Positions 35,293-48,509 of a stretch of 64,000 nt of DNA are shown piece after piece. The DNA lies in the NCBI RefSeq assembly GCF_009834535.1, contig NC_045698.1:2296001-2360000 (forward strand). Reading direction: 5' to 3'. Source of the DNA: Camelus ferus (taxonomy: Eukaryota). The notes below the pieces were generated by a model. The model worked only from the letters and a program-made list of their open reading frames with translations, did not search any database and was not told the origin of the DNA. The translations under genes and the position numbers were made by a program. Numbering within the stretch: position 1 is the first letter of the stretch; each line of letters opens with the position of its first letter.

Positions 35293-37931
35293 AACATATG
35301 GACTTCCTAACTGGATTCTGAGGAGCCAGGAGTGAAAGATGAGCTTGGAAAGGAGACGAGCCTGGGCTCAGACTGGGCTGGAAAGTGGAAGCCAGAGGAG
35401 CGATAAATCCAGACAAAGGCCGCATCTAACATTTCAGCGGGAACGCTCCCTCTCTTCCAAAGGAAGCACTCAATTGCCTTAAAATAGCCTTTCTGGGCAA
35501 GAGAAGAGACCCACCGCTGCGCAGCTCCATCCAGGCTCAGGGACTGTGTTCCTACCTGAAGGCTGACGTATGAGGTGCTCAGGAGATGGACCCACCTACT
35601 CGGCGATCGAGGGACCTGAGGGTATCCCAGCAGGGGAAGGAAGTGAATGTGACCGCTGGTAAATGACCCCGTGCACCACGGAAGGATACAAAGATGACGA
35701 CCCAAGAGGCCATCTGTGAGCTGGGCTCGGGGTGGGATGAGACTAGATCGGAAAGACCCTTTGGAGGCAGAAGTGACGGGTCTTAGTCAGTGGAGGTATA
35801 TGGCCACAGAAAGGCCGAGCTAAAAATAAGCATCCCTGTGGATGATAGTCGGGTATCGGAGGAGGAAACAGGTTTGGAGGCGGACAGACTGATGGCTGGG
35901 AGGGAGGGACTACCGGATGACTCTTCCGGGCAGAAAATTCAGTGTTGATCTTAATAAGGCTCTGGGAGACCCGCAGGTTTGTTCTTCAGGTGGGAGACAC
36001 TAAGGCTCGGAGAGGTGGTTTCTCCTCGGATCGCTTGGCTTGATGAAAAAAGGAAACCAATAATTCAAGGGGCAGGGAAGAATTTGCAGGAAGTCAACAC
36101 AATCACACTGTTGAAGCAAACATATGTCATGGCAGGGCTGCTGTGTTCCAGCCCCGCGCGGAAAGAGCCTTGAGAAGCAGGAGCTTCCATCCTTGTGCGA
36201 CGAGGGGACCTCCACGTGTGGCCGGGCAGATTTACACACACACAGCGCCCCACAAAGGCACATCTCTTCTGATAAGACTAACCTTCCTCCGGGGAAGAGT
36301 GTTAACACCAGGGTTTTAATGGAGCTTCTTCTAGTTAACTTCGCACCCAACCTGGTTGTTACACCGCGATATAATTAAGTGAGGTGCGAGCTCCCCAGAA
36401 ATTACCTATGGACTTGACGAGCCTGTGGACTACCCAGCTGTTAACAAGCTTGCAGCGGCAGCTTTTTCCCCTCCTTCCTCCCTCCAGATAAAGCCAAGTC
36501 AACCACTGGAAGCAGGACAGGGCTTATCCCCAGTGAGGACGCCACGGGTGCTGATAAGGTATTAATTGACACTGAGCTTCTCCATGGCTGATGGGAATCA
36601 ATGATCTGTTTTGCACACACGTGCGCATTACGGCGTTAGCAAGGGAAGCGTGTGGACAGAAGCCCAGCGCTCCTGTCCTGTGATCCCGCGCAGCTCCACC
36701 CCCACGTGGCCGTAGGGAGCTTTGTGCCGCAACACACGGAAGGGTGGCTACCTGCTTGACGGCTGCTGACTTCCTCTTCCCTCGTGATGCAGCTGTTAAC
36801 TCGGTCTTTGGGTAACAGCCAACATTTTGATGCTGGGGGAGGCTTGCAAGGAAATGCCTGTCGTCTGTGTTAGTCATGATAATAACGGTATTTGCCTTTA
36901 TCTGACAGCGTTACTTTTCCCATACATCGGTGTCGTTCCAGATTTGTTTAATTTAACACTTTTTACATCGTAAAGAATCAACTAAATACTTAAATACAGT
37001 GTCATAAAAGACACGACTGCACCTTCCTGACGTGGGGAGAACCCCACGGAGTCTGACCAGGGTGAGGAGGTGGGTCAGTGAGCCGTGGTTCGCAAACAGT
37101 CAGCGGCTCCCCGGAAGACAAGCGAGTCAGGATCCTGAAAACCGGGCAAGTCAGCGATTCTTCAGCTTCACAAGAAGGCGCAGAACCCTGTGTTCAGGCC
37201 AAACATACCTGGAAACTCAAGCTGCAAAACCGGGAGGCAGAGCTGTCCTGTCTGGAGGACAAGGGGGAAGCCCCCAGGCTGTCCCAGGCCCGCCTCCTCT
37301 TACCTGCCCCGGGTGTGCCTGAGCGGACTGCCCGGGACAGCCAGAGGGGTGGGGACCAGCCTCCTCACCCACCCACAGGAGCACCGAGGACAGAGCGGTC
37401 CGGGCACAGGGGCCGCGGACCCGGCTCGCCCTTCCCTCCCTGGGACACCCAGGCACCCGGGCTGAGATGTTCCCAGCCCTGCAGCTTGGACCCACACAGC
37501 CTCCTGATGCTCCTCTGATGCAGCTAGTGGTGTCCTGCACACCCGCCCAACACCTGCTGTATCTCCTCGTGGCCCAGAATAGAGCCCAAACAGCCCCTGT
37601 GCTCCGGAAGCTCGCTCTGGTTTGGCCTCGGGCTCCCGCTGCCTCCTGGCCAGCACCAGCTGCAGCCTGGCCGACCTGCTTGCGGCCTCCGAGCCCGCGG
37701 ACGTGGGGACACCCTCTGCTCACACGCTGCCCATCCCACCCAAGTCCCCTCCAAGCCCTGCTGCAGGTGGCAGGTCGCTGCACTCTGTCCTCACCGACAC
37801 AGCGAATCACTTCCTCTTCTGATTCCTCGGGTCTGAGTCCCTGGGGCATCAGTTCAGGTCTGGTCTGGGGCAGAAACTACGGAGTGATGTGGCCAGTGAA
37901 TGGTTCATAGGACCAGTTCTTGATTAGGCAT

Positions 37932-38381
37932 TGTTGCGGGTTGAATCCTGTCCCTTCGCAATTCACAGGTTGAATTCCTAGCCCCCACTGCCTCAGAATG
38001 TGACCTTCTCTGGAAGTGGGGTCCTTGCTGATGTGATTAGCTCAAAAGAGGTCACACTGGAGTAGTAGGCCAGGCCCTAATCCGATGTGACTGGTGTCCT
38101 CGTGAAGAAGGGGACATGTGGACCTGTGCAAGCACAGGGACGACGTCATGTGAGATGAAGACAGAGATGGGGGTGAGGCGCCAGCAAGCCGAGGAACCCC
38201 GAAGATGACCGGGAACCCCCAGAAGGGGAGACAGAGGCCCAGAGGGGACCCTCCCTCACAACCCCAGCGGGAGCCCGCCCTGCCCACACCGCGATCTCGG
38301 ACGTCTAACCTCCAGGCTGCGAGAGGACACATTTAAGCTGCCCCGACTGGACACTTTGCTGCAGTCGCCCTGGTAAACACA
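37932..38381 (+). mobile_element. MaLR LTR (MLT1B/C-like)
   Basis: TGTTGCGGGTTGAAT..CCTCAGAATGTGACC..GAGGTCA..GGCCCTAATCCGATGTGACTGGTGTCCT..ends TAAACACA. Confidence 0.85.
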
Positions 38382-39224
38382 GTGTGTAGAGTTTTCCAAG
38401 TAGTTAATTGAAAAGTCGAAAGGAGAACAGAAGACGGCTCAGACGCAGGAGCGGGAAGCAGCTGCTGCCCCAGGGCCAGGAAACAGGAGAAAGAGGGCAG
38501 ACCTTGTAGACAGCGTGCGGAGCTGGAGCCCCGACCTCTGAGGCCGGAACGCTGCTCGCTGTCTCTGGCTCCCTAGGGAACACGGTGGACCGGCTCTGTG
38601 GGCGCCGGAAACCCGCAGATGGACTCAGCTGTGCTCCCAGGAGGAAGGGCTGCTCCCGGGGTGGAGTGCTCCTGCCGGGAGGATGCTGAGCATCAGGGAA
38701 GTGATCCAGTCGGCTCCTCCCATCCTGCAGCCTCTAACGGAGAGAAACTGGCAACGCAGAAGCGGGGTTCACAGGTCTCAGCATCGCAGCATCGCAGCAT
38801 CTCAGGATAAAGGTAGAAGGGGCGTTAGAAGCTCAAAGCTAAAGAACTAGCACGTCCCTCCTTGCACGTACTTCTGCCTCATGAGTGATGAGGTGTCTGT
38901 GTGTGCTTCACTGAACTGTCTAACTTACCTTAGACACCTCCATGTTTCAACCACTGTCTTGCTTTGCTTAGCATCCCCCACGGCACACGACACTGGTCAT
39001 TTCTTAAAGCGGTTCCTCCACAAGTGTCTGTTACAGGAATAAATGAAAAAGAGGTAACAGGGAACAGGAGTCAGGAGCTTCTAATAGCTGCTTTCGGGGG
39101 TAGGGTGGATTGCAGGATCAGCTGGATCCAGGAGCACTGGGGGCAGGGGGCTCACACAGGGTTGGAGAGGAGAGGGTGGGAAGGGGGCTAAATCATGGGA
39201 TGCACAAGTTGGCCCTTGTCACAC

Positions 39225-39430
39225 TGTGGAGCTGGGTGCCAAGGTTCTAATCCTGGATTTATTACACACTTGCTAAGTGACCTTAGACAAACCACTTCAC
39301 TCAACCCTAGAGATAATGTCACACAGTCTTCAGCTTGTAAAATGATCACGGGGCCCTTCCCGCACCTTGCCACCGCGGCGATAACGCGCCTGCAGGCAGT
39401 GCGGTGCGGCCGCTGAGGAAAGGCAGAATC
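39225..39430 (+). mobile_element. MIR
   Basis: GGTTCTAATCCTGG..GTGACCTTAGACAAACCACTTCAC..CTTGTAAAATG. Confidence 0.65.
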
Positions 39431-40101
39431 CGGCGCAAATTTCCCATTTCTCCTGCAATTCCCTGACCACGGACTTATGTGCACACACCGGCCCTCCCCC
39501 TCGGGACGTGCGTAGATTCCAGGCAGGGGCCAAGGTACTACTGTCTTTTCCTTTTTCGTGAAACCTGGGAAACAGAGTTTAACTGGCACCTTTGAAATTT
39601 TCCTGCGTTAAATGACATGGAGAGTGCGGGGCAGCGTCCGTGGTGTGGGGCCTCCAGGGCCAGAGCCATCAGCTGCCGGCCTGGGAGGAACCAGGACAGA
39701 GTGGGAGTCATCTGGGGCTCCGGATAAAACTCATTTTCTCTGACACGCTTGCTTCCAAACTAAGGCCCTTCTTGCCCAGGGAGTTTACTAACCGCGCAGA
39801 CTTGCCAGTCCTCTTAGACCTGAACAAACAGGGCGGCCGAACCTAACCTTTGAGAGCGGCCAGCGCTGAAGAGGGTCCATGCTGAGAACACAGCGCCTGC
39901 TGGACAGCCCACCGTTTCGTTCTGGTTTTAATGAAGGTGCCCGTGTTTTCTACAAACTTAAAGAGGCGGAAATGCTAGAGCTTCTTCTAAGATCTTCTGC
40001 CCCAAACTAAAGGATGTACTGCAGGCCCTGAAATGACTGTAACTCCAGCTAACAGACCCTGGTGCTGTTTGGAGTGGGACGCGGTAGGTGGCCACGGAAG
40101 G

Positions 40102-40487
40102 TGTTCTGGGCTGAACTGTGCCCCCCAAAATGTGCATGTTGAAGGCCTAACCTCAGGCACCTGAGTGTGACTATTTGGAGACGGGCTTTTAAAGATGTGG
40201 TTCTGTTAAAACGAGCTCATTAAGGTCAGTGCTAATCCAATCTGACTGCTGCTTCTACAGGAGAGCAGTCTGGACACACAGAGGACCCCAGGAATACACC
40301 TGCTCAGAGAAAAGGCCAGGTGAGGACACAAGGAAGGAGGCCCTGTGCAGGCCAGGCAGGGAGAAACCAGCCCTGCCCGCACCTGGTCTCCACCTTCCAG
40401 CCCCAGAACTGGGGGAAAATGCATTTCCCTTGTTGAAACCACCCAGTCGATGGTATTTTGTTACTGCGGCCAGAGCCGCCTCAGACA
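40102..40487 (+). mobile_element. full-length solo MaLR LTR (MLT1B-like) with 5-bp TSD
   Basis: TGTTCTGGGCTGAACTGTG...CAGACA ends; flanks GAAGG (40097-40101) and GACGG (40488-40492), 4/5 match. Confidence 0.88.
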
Positions 40488-43281
40488 GACGGCAGAGCTC
40501 TGGAGGCCTCTTCTAAACTTGGTTCTGCCCTCCGCTGCAACTGAGAAGCAGCAGTCATTGACCAAGAGGGTGTTAATCCTTCTTTCCTCCAAAGAGTGAT
40601 TGGAAAGGACGCTCCTCCCACCCCAGCGCCTCAGCCAGCCTCCCGTCCAGAGTGTGGACCTGGCCGAGGAGCGTCGGGTCAATGCACTGACGGTTCCCCG
40701 AGAAAATGTAATATTCCCCATGCCGGAGATTAAGGGCACCTATCTCTGTCCATTCACATCCATCCGAGGTCGAATTAGGAGCTGTGATTAGCCTGTCAGT
40801 CACTGAGCTTTCTGCGGAGAGTGGACCGAAGGCCGGGTGGGTTTCTGCGGAGGAGGGGGGAGCCCCAGACCCTGAGCAGGTGGCGTGGAAGGAGTGTCTC
40901 AGCAGCCGCCATCAGCGGGACAGCAAAGGAAGGGCCCCCAGACACAGACAGAGGGCAGGCAAGGGAAGCCTCCAGGCCCGGGGCTCTGCTCAGCGCGGCC
41001 GCCTCCTTGGCCGTGGGTGCGTCATGTTCTCTGGTCAAAGAACCCTCTGGAAGTGTGTCTGGGGAAGAAGGCAGCCCCTCCTCCTCTCCTTCCTTCTCTC
41101 TGAACATCATTCAACACACACTCAACACCCCAAAGGTGGCATCAGTCTGGAGGCCTGAGGGACCCTGTGCCGTCTGTCTTGCACGAAGCTGGTGGAGCTT
41201 CGGTCCAACACCCGTGACCCTGGAGCAGCTCTGGGGACAGCTGTGGGTGACCTTAAAGTGAGAAGTGGCACCTGAGCAAAAGCAGACTCGGGACCCCTAG
41301 GTGTGGGCATGCTTCGCTTCCCCCGTAGACCGTCCCATACCCCCAGCTTTGCTCTTCCGTGGGCATGGGCCTGGAAGATGCTGGTGGACTCTGTGCATCT
41401 TCAGAACATCTGATAAACTGTCAGCACCCGAGCCCCCAAAGTGTCCTCTGTGGGCGTTTTTGTTGAATGGATGTCCCTTAAATGAGCAGATTTTAACCTG
41501 TCACCAGTGACGTCCAGTCCACACGCTGTGCGTGAAAGATGGAGCCTTCTACCTCCGATGCTGTGTGGGCTGATTTTTGTCAACTGGTATTTTAAAAAGG
41601 TATTTCGAGTGGTAGGCTTTATCTTTAATAATATAAGCGATTGAGGGCTGAGAGGAAGGCAGAGGAGATAGGACACTGTTTGGTCTCCATTTCAAACATT
41701 TTGGGAAGCGCCCGACATAAATATGCCATTTAGTCTTCCCCTTCCTCCGTCCCTCACATATCGTTTCCTTTGAGGGTTTTACTAGCAAATCGTCTTTGGA
41801 TTCGCTCAGATCTGAGAAAAGCATTATCGTTCCTGAGCTCTTATCTCGTGTCCTTTCTGGTTGTTATTGTCAGTTGCTGTTTGGAAGAGTATGTGCAGTA
41901 AATTCATAAATAAGTTTAAAAATGTGTACTCATGTCGATCTGCTCCTTAGGAAGGAAGGTGCTACTGTAATCATAATTTAATAAGAATAAGTTTATACTA
42001 CAATTTAACCACTATCGGTTGTTAAAGCATCAATTTTAAAATGCACAGCTATGATAAAAATCAGGGGCCCTAAAAAAACAGAATAATTCTGGTCAAAGTG
42101 TTGTACTTTTCTTATAGGCCTATTCCTCCTTAGTTGAACACTATATTGACAATATTCAGTATTTATGTGATTATACTGTCCAAACCTGCAACTGGAGTAA
42201 ATTATTTGATTAATGAACCATTAATGAAAATAACAGTGGGAATCAAACAAGTGGATTTGATGTGTCCTTATTTCCTATTCTGTCTTTAGTGAGAGGGTGA
42301 AACATCCCCCCCGCCCAATCCCAGACATACGTTTCACTGCTGAAATTCCACGACGCAGGGATAGAAAATTCTGTCCATCATACAGGGCAGGGGAGGGAAT
42401 GAAGCAGTCTGCGTCTGCAGCAACTTGACCACAGAAAACACAGCCATCGCGTTAGACTTCTAGCAGGTCACACTCCTCCCCGAGGACCCCAGCTATGAAC
42501 TTGGCACAAATGGCACTGAGTATTGAGTCACCAGGAGACAAGTCATCTTCAGAACCCATCAGAAAAGATGGCAGGGCTTGGAATTATTTGCTCTTGCTTT
42601 TGTAAAACAAGAGGAACTGAAATCCTTCCCTCATTTAGGACTCAAGGGTTAAGATCGAAGTCTGGGCGATCATAACTTCCTTTCCTCTAAAGGCTGGTAA
42701 CCTCAGAAAGCCTTCCTGCTGCTGGTGAGGGTGCCTCAGGGGCCCAGAGGAGCTGGGCTGGGGTTTCCCTGAAGGATGCACCACCTCACTGCAAATACTC
42801 ATCATGCAGTGGGTCTTCTAATAGGCAGCTGTCATCTGGCACTAGGAAAAAAAATGCTACGGAAGGCAAAATAAAATAAGTTTAAAAACAGACTTATATG
42901 AGAAAACGTTAGAAGATACTAATTTCAAAAGGGGCATGTGCACCAAAGAGAACAAAACCTCTGCTGACAGGATGCTGCCTTCCCCACGTCTTCCCGCGAT
43001 GCTCGCAGTCCGTGTGTGAGCACTGCAGTAACAGTCACATTCTCAAGGAGTTAAAATATAAAGCTTAATACATGACTGCTTTTAAACTGGAATGTCCTTA
43101 TAACACAAGTTCTTATCAGAGGTCTGCACCGCACTTGGCAAACAAGACGTTCTACCTTTTAAGCAAATAATTCATTAGGTAATTAAATTCAAGTGAGATT
43201 ATTCTAATTAAATACACACTGCTGTGGAATCATAATTTCTATGTGGTCTAGTTAAACATGAACAATCTCTTACTCCTAACC

Positions 43282-43334
43282 AAAAAAAAAAAAAAAAAAA
43301 AGAGAGAAAGAAAAAGAAAAAAAAAGAGAAAAAG
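43282..43334 (+). repeat. poly(A)/A-rich low-complexity tract
   Basis: About 20 A followed by GA/GAAAA units. Confidence 0.9.
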
Positions 43335-43539
43335 CTTTGAAAGAATCCCCTGGTGGCTGGAAGAATAGATTTACACGCACCGCACAGAGGTCATTTCAAG
43401 AAGAGAAACCAACACCCACGCGATCTGGGGCTGAGGAGGGGTTCTCCAGTCTGGGGATTCCGGAAGTTCGGGCTGCTTGCTCTGGGTTCTACTAAAAGGC
43501 TGGAACCCGGCAGGAAGGAAGTCGCAATGACCTTTCTTG

Positions 43540-44830
43540 GGAGCTTGGTGGTTGCGTGCGCGCGCGCACAGCCTGGACCCCCGGGCGCGAGCCTGGCGCG
43601 GCGTCTGCCCAGCGCCCACTAGGCCCTGCGCCCCGGGCGCTCGGGAGGGAGGCCAGTGCTGGCCCAAGGACCCCAGGACTCGAGTAAAATGAAAAGTCAC
43701 TTTGTCCCCCACACCGTGCTCGGCCCGTTTCCCTCTAATGGCATTAGGAGCAGCGGCCACGGAGGGAGGCGCTGCGGGGGCGCAGGAGTCCCAGATGGCT
43801 TTGACCTGCGCCTCCGGGCTGCGCAGGGCTGGCGGTCGGCTGCGCGGCCGCCCGGCTTTCATCTGCTCGACACGCGCTCGCCCGCGTCCCAGAGCAGGCA
43901 GCGACACCTGTACTGCGAGAATTTACAGCGCCGTGCTCCGGGACGGCGCTGACTTGGGACGGGTGAAGTACAAACACAAACTAATTAAAAACTGCATAAT
44001 GGCGCCCTACAGGAACACGGTGGAAAAACAAATAAATACAAGTTGCAGCTGGCGCGGCGATGGCACCTCTGCCCCCGAGCAACCGTCTGGTGACATCAAA
44101 TTACAAACCTGAAAACCCTCGCACCGTTGCCGTTGATCATATTGGAGACAGAATGGAAATGATCTGGTTAATTAAGGGAAGGTTTATAAAATATTTACGT
44201 GTGTGCACAGGCATGTAATTCACTTCCTCCGACACTCGGGGACGGCGGCATCGCGGCACTCCAGACCAGGCCACTGTAGTCCATTTTTCTACCCTGGGGA
44301 ACTCAGACCGGTTTCGGAGGCTCTGGGCGCCCGGGAGCGCACTTCGCGCCCCCGCCGCGCTCGGGTCCCAAGCGCCTAACCCATCCAGACACTCCTGCGT
44401 TGCCCCAAGTGCGAAGTGCGCATACTGCCCCAAGCATTTGACAGTCCTGCCTCTCGCTTCTGGGCGGCTTTCTCCCGGGGTTTTCCTGGAGTCCGTGGGT
44501 GTCTCCTCCGACAACCCCACTGGGTCCTTCCTGACAAGGCGCGCACGTCTCGCCGCGGGGTCTCCGCAATCCCGCGCGCTCAGAACGTTGCTTGGGTGAT
44601 ACTCTTGGAGGCAGCAGGGGTGTCCCTGGTCACCCGCATGAGGCCCGAGCTTGGAATGGCAGGAGCGCGCAGGCTGGGACCCAGGGTTCTGGGCTGAGAG
44701 GGCCCGGTGATCACCGCCGCCGCCCGCCCGGCTCCTGGCCTGGCGCCCCTGTGCGTGCGGGTTACAGCTGGGCGCTCCCGCAAGGGTCTCCACCGCCTGG
44801 GACTGTTTGACACTCGTCTCGTTGTCGCCA
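43540..44830. promoter_or_regulatory. upstream CpG island about 4-5 kb 5' of IRX1
   Basis: Dense CpG (e.g. GCGTGCGCGCGCGCAC) surrounding an AT-rich homeodomain-motif core. Confidence 0.7.
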
Positions 44831-47800
44831 AGCAGGGTGGCTTCCTAGATCCTGCTAGAGAAAGGTGCTAAGTCTTAATGAGTATTTAACAAGACTCATA
44901 AATCAGGGCGCGAGCCTGGGGGCGGGGAAGGAACTGGCTGGGGCGAGGGGTGGGGAGGGGTGGAGAGGGGGCCAGGGTCAGGCTGCCCCTCCTGGCCACA
45001 GAGCTTCCGCCCAGCGCTGTAGCCTTGCCATCTGCAAAGCAAATAATGCATTTTGAAAGGCAAACGAGGAGGCCAAAACCCAGCTCGCTGCATCCCGGAG
45101 TCAGGTGTGCGGAGCCAAAAGCAGGTCCCCTTAACGGCTCCAAGGATGGGCTGGTTCCCCAGGAGCTGCCTCCTCTTTTTCAGAGACCTAGGTCACCAAG
45201 GCTTCAAAATAAGCAGGAAATTATTTCAGAAGTAAAATTGTAAATGAAGGTGATGTTCGGATTGTTTAATCTCATCCTGATATAAGTATGCAGGCGTGGG
45301 AGTAGGGAGGGCAGCTGGACACACCTTTACTGAGGAGCTGGGGAAAGACAAGGGACAAGATTCTTCTCAGATTGGCGGTAACAATTTCCTCCCCTTAGAA
45401 AATTAGTACCCCCACACCCATAATGAAAGTAGGCAAGCAAACTTCCATCAGCTTGGTTGGAAGGCCCATTGTTCACCTGCTCCGCCTCTCCAGCTCACTC
45501 CATGGCCTCAGGGCCTTCCCGCCCCCCCACCCCCTGGGCCCACAGGAGTCCCCGCCCTCCGGAGCGGAGTCCGCACATGGGCAACCTGCACACACACCAG
45601 TGCACCCAGAGGCCCTGTTCTAGCCAGGGCGTGCTGAGGGTCCGGGCTCTCCACCCAGGGTGTCCCTGGCAACTGCCCCTGTGGAAGCCCCATGTGGTCC
45701 TGCTTGAGATCAAGGCCAACTGTCACGGGCCCCTGAGAAGGGGTCGTTAGGGAACTCAGGGGCACCTAGACCAGGTGGAGCTCTGATTCAGCTGCGCAGC
45801 GACCCCTAGGTCTGGCTTTGCCCCTCTGAGTCCCTGCCTCTGGCTCAGTAAGGAGTCGGAGGCTACAAGGAGGGGTGTGCTCTGGCCAGCACAGCTTCCT
45901 GACCAACGATCAGGCCTGCATGATCCATCCCCTTGTGAGGTGGAGACTGCGGCTCAGGGTCTGGGAAGCAGGTCTCTCCCCACTCTGGACCCAGAGAAGT
46001 GGGGCTGGGGGCCACTGGTTTTTGATGGTGGGGCACTTGAAATACACCCTTCCAGTGGTCTGAGGCCGGGGTAGGACCTTACTTGTCCTTTGTCTTGGCC
46101 CTCTGCCTCCCGGACCACCAGAGCAGTGGCCCCAGATGGCAGAAGGGCTAAGCTGGTGAGCTGGGGCTGCCTCTTTGGGGGAAGCTCCGGATCCCTTAAG
46201 CGGTAATTCAGGTCAGCCTTCAGGTTCCAGCACAGGGCCGCTCTCTTGGCCCAGGCCTTCCCCGGCCCTACTTAACCACTGGGTGCTAAAGGTGAGTAGA
46301 GGGCTAGTGGGCAGACCCCCCCCCCCCAAGCCTGGAGAAGTTCCTGATCCTTTTCGGCCCCTCCCCCTCTCCAACAGGCTAATTTGGAGGCAGTTTTCTT
46401 CCTTTTTGGGTCTTCATTGCTTCCTAGTCTTCCACATGCACGTTTTTAGGTAAAAGTCCAAGGAGAGAGAAGGGTAGAGGTGGGGGAGGGGTGGTTGCCA
46501 GGCTCCACTAGGATTCCAGCCCCTGGGCCTGGGCAGAGAACAGCCACAGTTGCCCTCAGGGACATTTCCAGGGTGGGTGGGGGGCAAGTTGACTGGCCTT
46601 CCTAGTGCCAGTTCCCCCATCACTGCCTTTACTCAGGTACAAAAACCAGTGGGCACTTCCGCTTGCCTCCCTGGTGTTTTCAGGAACCTACGATCATTTC
46701 ATGACCAGAATGGAGCTGCTACAGACAGGACATGGTGGGCTGTGGCGGGAGAGATGGTGGGCTGCTGCTGGCAGGCTGTGGGAAGGTGATTCATCCATGT
46801 GCCTGAGTCTTGACCCTGAGCAGCTTCTCTGGGCTTACATTCCACCTGGCTCTCCAGGTCACACAAGAGGGCTTATCTCACTTGTATTTACCTGCCACCC
46901 TGAAATGTGACACTGGAGTTTGCTAAACAGGACAGTGGTGGGGCTGGCCCATTAGTTTGCTTTGGGTGTTGGGGAGAGGAGAGGGGGTTGGGGAGTGTGG
47001 GGTGGTGGGCTGGGGAGCCGGAGGAAGCTGCAGTTGGGGACTCCCCCAAGCAGCAGTCGCCCCCGCCCTGCCCCCACCAGAAGCTGTATAGGTGGGAAAG
47101 GCGCCCAGGCGAAATTGTAGGGGGTTTCTGGAGTGAGCAGAGGCAGGTGGGGAGGGGAGGGACAGCATGAACAGGGAGAAGAGCTGACTTTGAGCACAGA
47201 AAATAAAGCCTGATTACACAGCTGGTAATTAGTAATGACTATTATGGGCGTTCTCCTTGCTAATTATAGGCAGTGGCTCTGTGTCTGTCCTCAGGCCCCA
47301 AAACTGGGAAATGAGAGTCTTCCTGAACCCGCGGGAGTCCATGGCACAGCATGCTGGGTGCCTGTACTCCATTCTGTTGCCCCAAATGGGCCCAAACCGA
47401 GGCCAACACCCAAGTCCCTGGATGAGATGCCAACAGGGTCCGCGTTCCTGAACGGCCGCAGCAGGGGGTACTTTCCTGGCCCAGGCTGCCGCTTAGGAGA
47501 TGGGGCGCAAAGTGGCCAAGGGAGCTCAGGCGGGTACGCTGGGCGCGTTCCCCACCGGGCCTCCAGGATCGAGCCAGCGAGTGCAGCTCAGAAGTGGCCT
47601 ATCCAAGCTGTCCAGGGAGGCAAGGAGGACAGTGCACCCGGTCTAAGCCCTAGCCCCATCAGGTCCCAGGCGACCCGGAGCCATCCCTGAGCGCGTCTTG
47701 CCTGGCTGCGTCCCCTCTCTCTTCCGGAGGCGGAAGATAGAAACGGAGAGGGACGGAGAAGACGCCTGGTCCTGGTCCTGGGCCCGGTTGCGGCGCCGCC

Positions 47801-48509
47801 TCGGGCCGGCGCGCCCCGCACAAGTTTACTTCCTGCGTTTTCACTCACACCTCCTGGACACACGAGGGGTGTCCAGGCCATGCTGGCTTCTCCCAGCTCC
47901 GGGGTCGGGGCAGACTGTTTCCCTCCCGCCGAAATGGTGTTTTCTCCGCAAAGAAAAGGTCCGCTCACTCACAAGAACCGACCATCAGCTTCCCCCAAGC
48001 CAGTGGCTTCCCTGCTGGGTTGCCCTTTTTCAAAGTTTTCACAACTGGAAAAGCCTGCAGCGCTCGGCCGCTTCCTGCTTCTCCAAGGGCAGCGAGGCCG
48101 GTCACTGCCAGGTGACCTGCTAATACCTAGTGGGGGCCAGGGGATGCCACGCCGGTTGAGTGGCACTTCTGCCAAAGATGTCCCGGGGAGGTAAAGGCAG
48201 CACCGACCTCGGAGGAGAGGCCGATCCCCGCCGGCTGTCACCGCTCTCCGCCGGGCCCCGTCTTCGCCACCCCAGCGGTGGAAGAGCAGGCGCCGAGGTG
48301 TTTTGGTGAGAGAGCAGACACACCTCGGCTGCGAAAAGGCACACTCCAGTGTCCGACAGCTGTAAACCGGCGTCGACAGGTTGTCAGACAGCTGCGGGGG
48401 CCGGTCGGGAAGGGGCCCGCGGCCGCCAGACCCGCACCCGCCGCCCGGCAGCTCGCGCGGCCACGGCGGGCGGAGGTGGCCCGGCCAGCGCGGGGCACCA
48501 CGTGCTCGC

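Noticed and set aside
41580..42300. AT-rich block possibly an old DNA transposon or conserved element
   Set aside because: I could not assign a family or terminal repeats by eye.
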